Source: Candidatus Levyibacteriota bacterium (GTDB taxonomy: Bacteria; Patescibacteriota; Microgenomatia; Levybacterales; UBA12049). From it: a DNA stretch of 64,000 nucleotides. The stretch's first letter is position 1. Each line of letters begins with the position of its first letter. The DNA lies in assembly GCA_027459725.1 (NCBI GenBank), contig DAIDHK010000002.1, positions 35,752 through 99,751 on the forward strand. The letters run 5' to 3'. Both the position numbers and the translations under genes were made by a program. The notes beneath the pieces are model-generated. The model did not search any database. It had not been told where the DNA came from and saw only the letters and a list, made by a program, of their open reading frames with translations. Positions 59,158 through 64,000 of this stretch are shown here, piece by piece.

Positions 59158-60239
59158 GTAAGATGCTCATGCTCCGTTCCTTTTAAACTAGCTACAAATT
59201 TTTTTATTTTCGGCACTGACTCTTTCGGACAAATTAAAATAACGTCTTCAGTACTAACTGCCACAAGACCTTCTAAGTCTATACCCACTATTAACTGCTC
59301 TGTCTCATTGTGAACAATCGAATCTTTGCAGTCTTCAAGAATAACTTTCCCTTTCGTAACATTAGCATCAACCGTATCGCTTAATGCTTCTTTCATAGCC
59401 TCCCAAGCTCCAATATCACTCCATCCAATATCCTCAGAAATAACACAGCCATAACTTGTGTCCATTTTTTCCAAAATAGCATTATCAAACGATATTTTCT
59501 CAATTGTTGAATAGACATTCTTAAGAACTTTTTCATAATCTTGTGTCCCATAAGCATTACTAATTAGTTTTAACTTATTAAATATTTCTGGCGAAAGAGT
59601 CTCAAACAATTGCCATAGAAACCTGGGGGTTGTGGCAAAATAACCTAGATTCCAGGCATGTTTACCATCTGTTGCGTATTTTTTTGCTACTTCCAGAGGC
59701 GGGCTGTACTGAAATCCAGTAAATTTATAAATGTTAACATCTTCATTTTTGCTTACTTGCTCTCCAAATTCAATATATCCAACATTTTGATTTCCGTAAC
59801 GTGGTTTTTGCCCGATAAAAACAATACGATGTGGATCTTCTTCTATTAATTTTCCTGCAACTCTTAAGATTTTTCTGAATTTAGCTTCTTCTTTAACCAA
59901 ATGATCGCTTCCCCACAACAAAACAATTGGCTCATCAGGATTTGTCTTAACTAATCTTGAAATTACAAGCCCTACTGCAGGACCTACATCTCTCATTTCT
60001 GGTTCAACAATAATGTTTTCTTTAGCAAGCTTGGGTAATTGTTCGTGGATAATATCCTGATAACGCTCTCCTGTAGAAATATAGATATCTCTCCATTCAA
60101 AACTAGGAAAGAGTTTATGAACTGCGATCTGCAACATAGAACGATCCTGTATAATTTTACCAAATTGTTTAGGAGTATTTTTACGAGATAAAGGCCACAA
60201 TCTTGAACCTACTCCACCAGCAAAAACAATAATTTTCAT
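59154..60239 (-). CDS. Mannose-1-phosphate guanylyltransferase-like nucleotidyltransferase
   Basis: 361 aa. IIVFAGGVGSRLWPLSRKNTPKQF. No cupin/PMI domain. Confidence 0.7.
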   Translation of the reverse strand: MKIIVFAGGVGSRLWPLSRKNTPKQFGKIIQDRSMLQIAVHKLFPSFEWRDIYISTGERYQDIIHEQLPKLAKENIIVEPEMRDVGPAVGLVISRLVKTNPDEPIVLLWGSDHLVKEEAKFRKILRVAGKLIEEDPHRIVFIGQKPRYGNQNVGYIEFGEQVSKNEDVNIYKFTGFQYSPPLEVAKKYATDGKHAWNLGYFATTPRFLWQLFETLSPEIFNKLKLISNAYGTQDYEKVLKNVYSTIEKISFDNAILEKMDTSYGCVISEDIGWSDIGAWEAMKEALSDTVDANVTKGKVILEDCKDSIVHNETEQLIVGIDLEGLVAVSTEDVILICPKESVPKIKKFVASLKGTEHEHLT

Positions 60240-61321
60240 ATAATTAAATTACTTATAGCAATCTTAAATTCTTTCTCAAAGCCTTTCAGACTAAATTTTT
60301 CCGCTTGTTTTCTACAGATATTTGGATTATAACGGAATTTAACAAATTTCGTCAACGCTTCAGCTAAGGACTCAACACTTAGATTATCAAAAAACATACC
60401 AGTCTGCCCATTTATAACAATTTCTTTAACTCCACCTTGATTATATGCCAAAACAGGTTTGCCATAATATTGTGCTTCTAGCGCTGTTAAACCAAAATCC
60501 TCTCTACCCGGAAATATAAAACCGCTGCAGTTTTTATAATACGTTATTAATTCACTATCACTCAACCCCCCCAAAAAATTAATTGTAGGGCCTGACATCA
60601 TCTGTAAACGATAATAGTCATTACCGGTACCAATTATGTACAACGGTAACTTTAATCTATTACAGGCTTTTATAGCTAAATCTATTCGTTTGTAATTAAC
60701 TAACCTTGATACAATTAATAAATAGGGCTTTGAGTTTACATTTTTTATCTGATGATCTTTGGCCAAATTTGTCAGTAACAAAGGCGGATAAATAACCTGG
60801 GATTCCCTATTATAAAATGTCTTAATTTGTGATTGGATTTCTTTAGAAATTGCCACCATTTTATCAGGCCTGCTACTGGCGATTTTATCCCAATTTCTTA
60901 GATAATTAACTGCTGGTTTTGTGAAAAATTTGAAGCTGTGATTTGAAAAATACGTTTCATATCCGCTCCATAAATATCTTGTAGGAGTTAGGCAGTAACA
61001 CAAATGTTTTGTTTTCCCACTAGTAATAATTCCTTTTGCTGCCTCACTAGTCACGGAAATTACTAAGTCATATGAACTAAAATTGAATTGCTCAAAAGCT
61101 AAAGGCATTAAAAATGGTACCAACTCATGTCGACGTCTGATAAGAGGAATTCTTTGCAAAAAAGATGTATGAACTGTAAAAACGTTAGCCCAAGGAGCAG
61201 AGCGGGGATTATATACTGATGTGTAAAGAGGAGCCTGCGGGAACATCTTGTGTAAAGCAAGTAGTACCCTTTCGGCACCTCCCCATTTATTTACCCTATC
61301 GTACACGAATGCAACTTTCAT
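60236..61321 (-). CDS. Glycosyltransferase family 4
   Basis: 361 aa. GT-B GT4 features (KWGGAERV, EDFGLTALEA). Confidence 0.7.
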   Translation of the reverse strand: MKVAFVYDRVNKWGGAERVLLALHKMFPQAPLYTSVYNPRSAPWANVFTVHTSFLQRIPLIRRRHELVPFLMPLAFEQFNFSSYDLVISVTSEAAKGIITSGKTKHLCYCLTPTRYLWSGYETYFSNHSFKFFTKPAVNYLRNWDKIASSRPDKMVAISKEIQSQIKTFYNRESQVIYPPLLLTNLAKDHQIKNVNSKPYLLIVSRLVNYKRIDLAIKACNRLKLPLYIIGTGNDYYRLQMMSGPTINFLGGLSDSELITYYKNCSGFIFPGREDFGLTALEAQYYGKPVLAYNQGGVKEIVINGQTGMFFDNLSVESLAEALTKFVKFRYNPNICRKQAEKFSLKGFEKEFKIAISNLII

Positions 61322-62414
61322 AGATTTTGACCGTTTTTATTGCCATTGTAGTCCAAGAATATTTTTTTGCGTGTTTAATTCCTCTGTCTAATAATATTTT
61401 CTTTTTGCCTGCAGGTAAGTTTATTACTTCTTCCATGGTATTTGCAATACTCTCCTCATCATAGGGATCAAAATAATAAGCGTTATCAGCACAAACTTCT
61501 TTAAGTGCTGGAATGTCTGATGCTATCACCAAACATGAATTTGTTAGTGCTTCCAAAGCTGGCAAACCAAATCCTTCCATCAATGATGGTATTACTACTC
61601 CTATCGCATTTCTATAATAAGAACTCAATTGTTCATCTGTTATTTTACCGGTAAAAACCACATTTTTTCCTATATTTATTTTTTTTACTTCATTTTTTAA
61701 TTGTTGCATAAAAAAATCTTCCCTTCCTATGAAAATCATTTTTACGTCTGGATTTTTGTTGATTATTTGTTTGAACGATTTAATTAGACGATTACAGTTT
61801 TTGTGAGGGTAGACATTTCCTACATGTAAAAAATACTTTTTATATCCAAAGGTGCTATTATTTTTTTTGTTGTCAATCTTTTCAGGACTTCCTTCATAAG
61901 TTACAGTTACTTTAATATCATTCAAATGAAATTTATTTAATACATCTTTTTTTACGGAATTCAGGGGTACGATAATTTTACAACTGCTTTTTAATGCATG
62001 ATTAATGACAGCGGAATATCCCAACCTCTTCATTTGATAAACAAAAAAAGGTAAAGTAGAAGCCTTTCCTGTAGAAAAACTATTAATTATAAGGTCATGA
62101 ATAGTAACAACAAAAGGATAATTATATAAAATAGGTACTGAAAAATAAGGAAAATGCATTAGATCTAAATCCTCATTCTTAATACACATTGGGAACAGAA
62201 ACTGCTCTTCAAGACTATGCCAATGAAAATCTGCTTCTACAATCTTAAATGTGTCTTTCGAAATAACCTCCTTTACTTCATTGATATTCTTCGATAAGCA
62301 AAAAAGTACATAAGAATTTTTCTTATCAACTTTTGATAAATTTGTTACCAATTCTCTGATATATCTTCCTACTCCTGTTTCATCCCAAAGTCGAACATCA
62401 ATTCCAATTTTCAT
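61296..62414 (-). CDS. Glycosyltransferase family 4
   Basis: 372 aa. GT4 features (GVGRYIREL, EGFGLPALEAL). Confidence 0.7.
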   Translation of the reverse strand: MKIGIDVRLWDETGVGRYIRELVTNLSKVDKKNSYVLFCLSKNINEVKEVISKDTFKIVEADFHWHSLEEQFLFPMCIKNEDLDLMHFPYFSVPILYNYPFVVTIHDLIINSFSTGKASTLPFFVYQMKRLGYSAVINHALKSSCKIIVPLNSVKKDVLNKFHLNDIKVTVTYEGSPEKIDNKKNNSTFGYKKYFLHVGNVYPHKNCNRLIKSFKQIINKNPDVKMIFIGREDFFMQQLKNEVKKINIGKNVVFTGKITDEQLSSYYRNAIGVVIPSLMEGFGLPALEALTNSCLVIASDIPALKEVCADNAYYFDPYDEESIANTMEEVINLPAGKKKILLDRGIKHAKKYSWTTMAIKTVKIYESCIRVR

Positions 62415-62521
62415 ATACGGCTAGTATACCACAAGAGCTTAATTTAAAATTTTCAAAACTAAACTTAAGCAATATTGTATAAATTCTTGCAATTTCGAGG
62501 AAATTATTCTTTAATTACTAT

Positions 62522-63940
62522 ATGAAATATATCATTTTCACTTATACGGGTGAAGGCCTACCAATTGCACATAAGTTACTAGAAGAAGGACAAGAAGTTA
62601 CTGTCGGGATAGTAGAAGATAAAAGAATGACATTAACAAAAGTAGAGAAAAGATCGAACGAATACGAAACATCACTTGAGAAAAAAAGACGACTATCTTT
62701 ATACAAAAATATGTTAAATAAAATATCGGCAGTAAAACTGTTAAAACAGATGAAAAAGATCAGAGATAAAGAAAATTATTTTCTTTTCTTTGATTACAAT
62801 AATTTATTCCGTTTCGCAGATTATGCCAAATCTCTGGGTTTTATTCATGGAAACTTTCCAACTGAGAAAGATCGCTTATTCGAAGTAGATAGAGACTACG
62901 CAAAAGATTTCGTCAAAAAATATTATAAGGATATTAAAACTGCAGAGAAGGCAGAATTTAGAACTATTAGAAGGGCAACAAAATTTTTGAAAGAACATAA
63001 TAGAGAGAAAGTATGGGTACTTAAGGGTAAAAATTTATTGGCTCCAACTTTTATTCCTAATACCGATGATCCCGAACTTGCAAAATGGCAAATAATTGAA
63101 ACGTTAGAAGCCTTTAAAGATTATTATGAAGATGCGGGATTTATTCTTGAACGAAAAATTACCTCGGTAGCTGAAATTACTCCAGAAAGAATTTATTATA
63201 ACGGTAAGCTCTTATCACTAACTATAAATTTTGAAAATAAACAAATAGGGAGTGGTAATTTGTCACTACAGACAGGTTGTGCAGCCGATTTAGTCTTTCC
63301 TATTGCTCTTGATAACAAAATAAATAATCTTACATTTCCCCCTATCGTTGACAAACTAGCCAAAAGACATAAGGGTCTTTTCATCTGGGATGCCTCCTTA
63401 TTAATTGATAAAAAAACAGGAGAGATGTATTTTGGAGAATTTTGTCCAAATAGACCTGGCTATAACTCATTTTTTACCTGTCTATCACAATTACCCTCTG
63501 TTCATTACTTTTTTGAAAAAATAGTAGCACAAGAAAATCCATTTGAACTAGGTACAGTTGGCGCATCGACGACATTATTCAATTTATTACGCGATCCTAC
63601 TGAAAGACATCTCATGTCAGGTGCATCTGTAAATTACACTCCAAAAGCTGCTAAATATATATGGTCTTGGGACATATACAAAAAAAAGAAAAATGATAAA
63701 ATGAGGATTGTCGGTTATGATTGGCAGTTGGCTCCCATAACGGGTGTTGGCCATTCAATAGAAGAAGCAACAAGAATGCTATTTGAAAATATAGAGGAAT
63801 TTTCGTTAGCTGGAATATACTATCGTCCAAAATCAGATTTTCTTTCTATGGATTATCCAACCTCAATCTTAAATCGTTTAAGGTATGGTTTACAAAAAAA
63901 ATTGTATTCTCTACCCTTTTCTGTAACTTTTAAATCATGA
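62522..63940 (+). CDS. ATP-grasp-like protein, PurD (GAR synthetase)-like C-terminal region
   Basis: 472 aa. The C-terminus MRIVGYDWQLAPITGVGHSIEEATRMLFENIEE resembles the PurD C-domain. Confidence in a PurD function is low. Confidence 0.35.
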   Translation: MKYIIFTYTGEGLPIAHKLLEEGQEVTVGIVEDKRMTLTKVEKRSNEYETSLEKKRRLSLYKNMLNKISAVKLLKQMKKIRDKENYFLFFDYNNLFRFADYAKSLGFIHGNFPTEKDRLFEVDRDYAKDFVKKYYKDIKTAEKAEFRTIRRATKFLKEHNREKVWVLKGKNLLAPTFIPNTDDPELAKWQIIETLEAFKDYYEDAGFILERKITSVAEITPERIYYNGKLLSLTINFENKQIGSGNLSLQTGCAADLVFPIALDNKINNLTFPPIVDKLAKRHKGLFIWDASLLIDKKTGEMYFGEFCPNRPGYNSFFTCLSQLPSVHYFFEKIVAQENPFELGTVGASTTLFNLLRDPTERHLMSGASVNYTPKAAKYIWSWDIYKKKKNDKMRIVGYDWQLAPITGVGHSIEEATRMLFENIEEFSLAGIYYRPKSDFLSMDYPTSILNRLRYGLQKKLYSLPFSVTFKS

Positions 63941-64000
63941 AATATATAGTAATAGGCTTCGATGGCTTCATATTCGCTCTAGCACATAAACTTCAAATAG
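63938..64000 (+). CDS. Start of a paralogue of the preceding ATP-grasp-like gene; continues beyond the window
   Basis: MKYIVIGFDGFIFALAHKLQ matches MKYIIFTYTGEGLPIAHKLL of the upstream gene. ATGA stop/start overlap. Confidence 0.4.

Overview
The window is AT-rich (about one-third GC by eye) and shows strong minus-strand coding bias. It looks like a chromosomal segment from a small-genome bacterium, possibly CPR/Patescibacteria-like; that placement is an inference from gene content.

- 1-9.5 kb: a partial SEDS protein (RodA-like), a eukaryote-like type-2 IleRS, NUDIX, a four-gene cofactor-F420 block (LLM oxidoreductase, cofD, cofE, Fgd-like LLM) and an archaeal-type PEP carboxylase.
- 9.5-29.7 kb: an accessory region with several decayed genes (DinB-like with an in-frame stop, MscS remnant, frameshifted DJ-1/PfpI, frameshifted Cas4-like nuclease, decayed epimerase), an exonuclease-less PolA, a 1042-aa Gly-rich RTX/InlB-repeat/LysM surface protein, a secreted GH8 hydrolase and a SAM methyltransferase.
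- 30.0-32.4 kb: a small island abutting ftsZ, comprising a DUF3578(McrB-N-like)+NucS-like PD-(D/E)xK nuclease (candidate modification-dependent restriction enzyme), a SHOCT protein, an HTH protein and a truncated transposase.
- 32.5-53.0 kb: a long minus-strand dcw cluster, mraZ-rsmH-ftsL-ftsI ... murE-pgeF-murC-murA-glmU(split)-glmS-mraY-ftsW-murG-ftsQ-ftsA-ftsZ, with 10-bp-phased repeats upstream of mraZ.
- 53-64 kb: GlyRS (alpha2 type), a short RecO and a surface-glycan locus (DUF4012-like protein, PglC-like sugar transferase, ManC-like enzyme, two GT4 enzymes, tandem ATP-grasp-like paralogs).

No rRNA, tRNA or CRISPR array was recognised.
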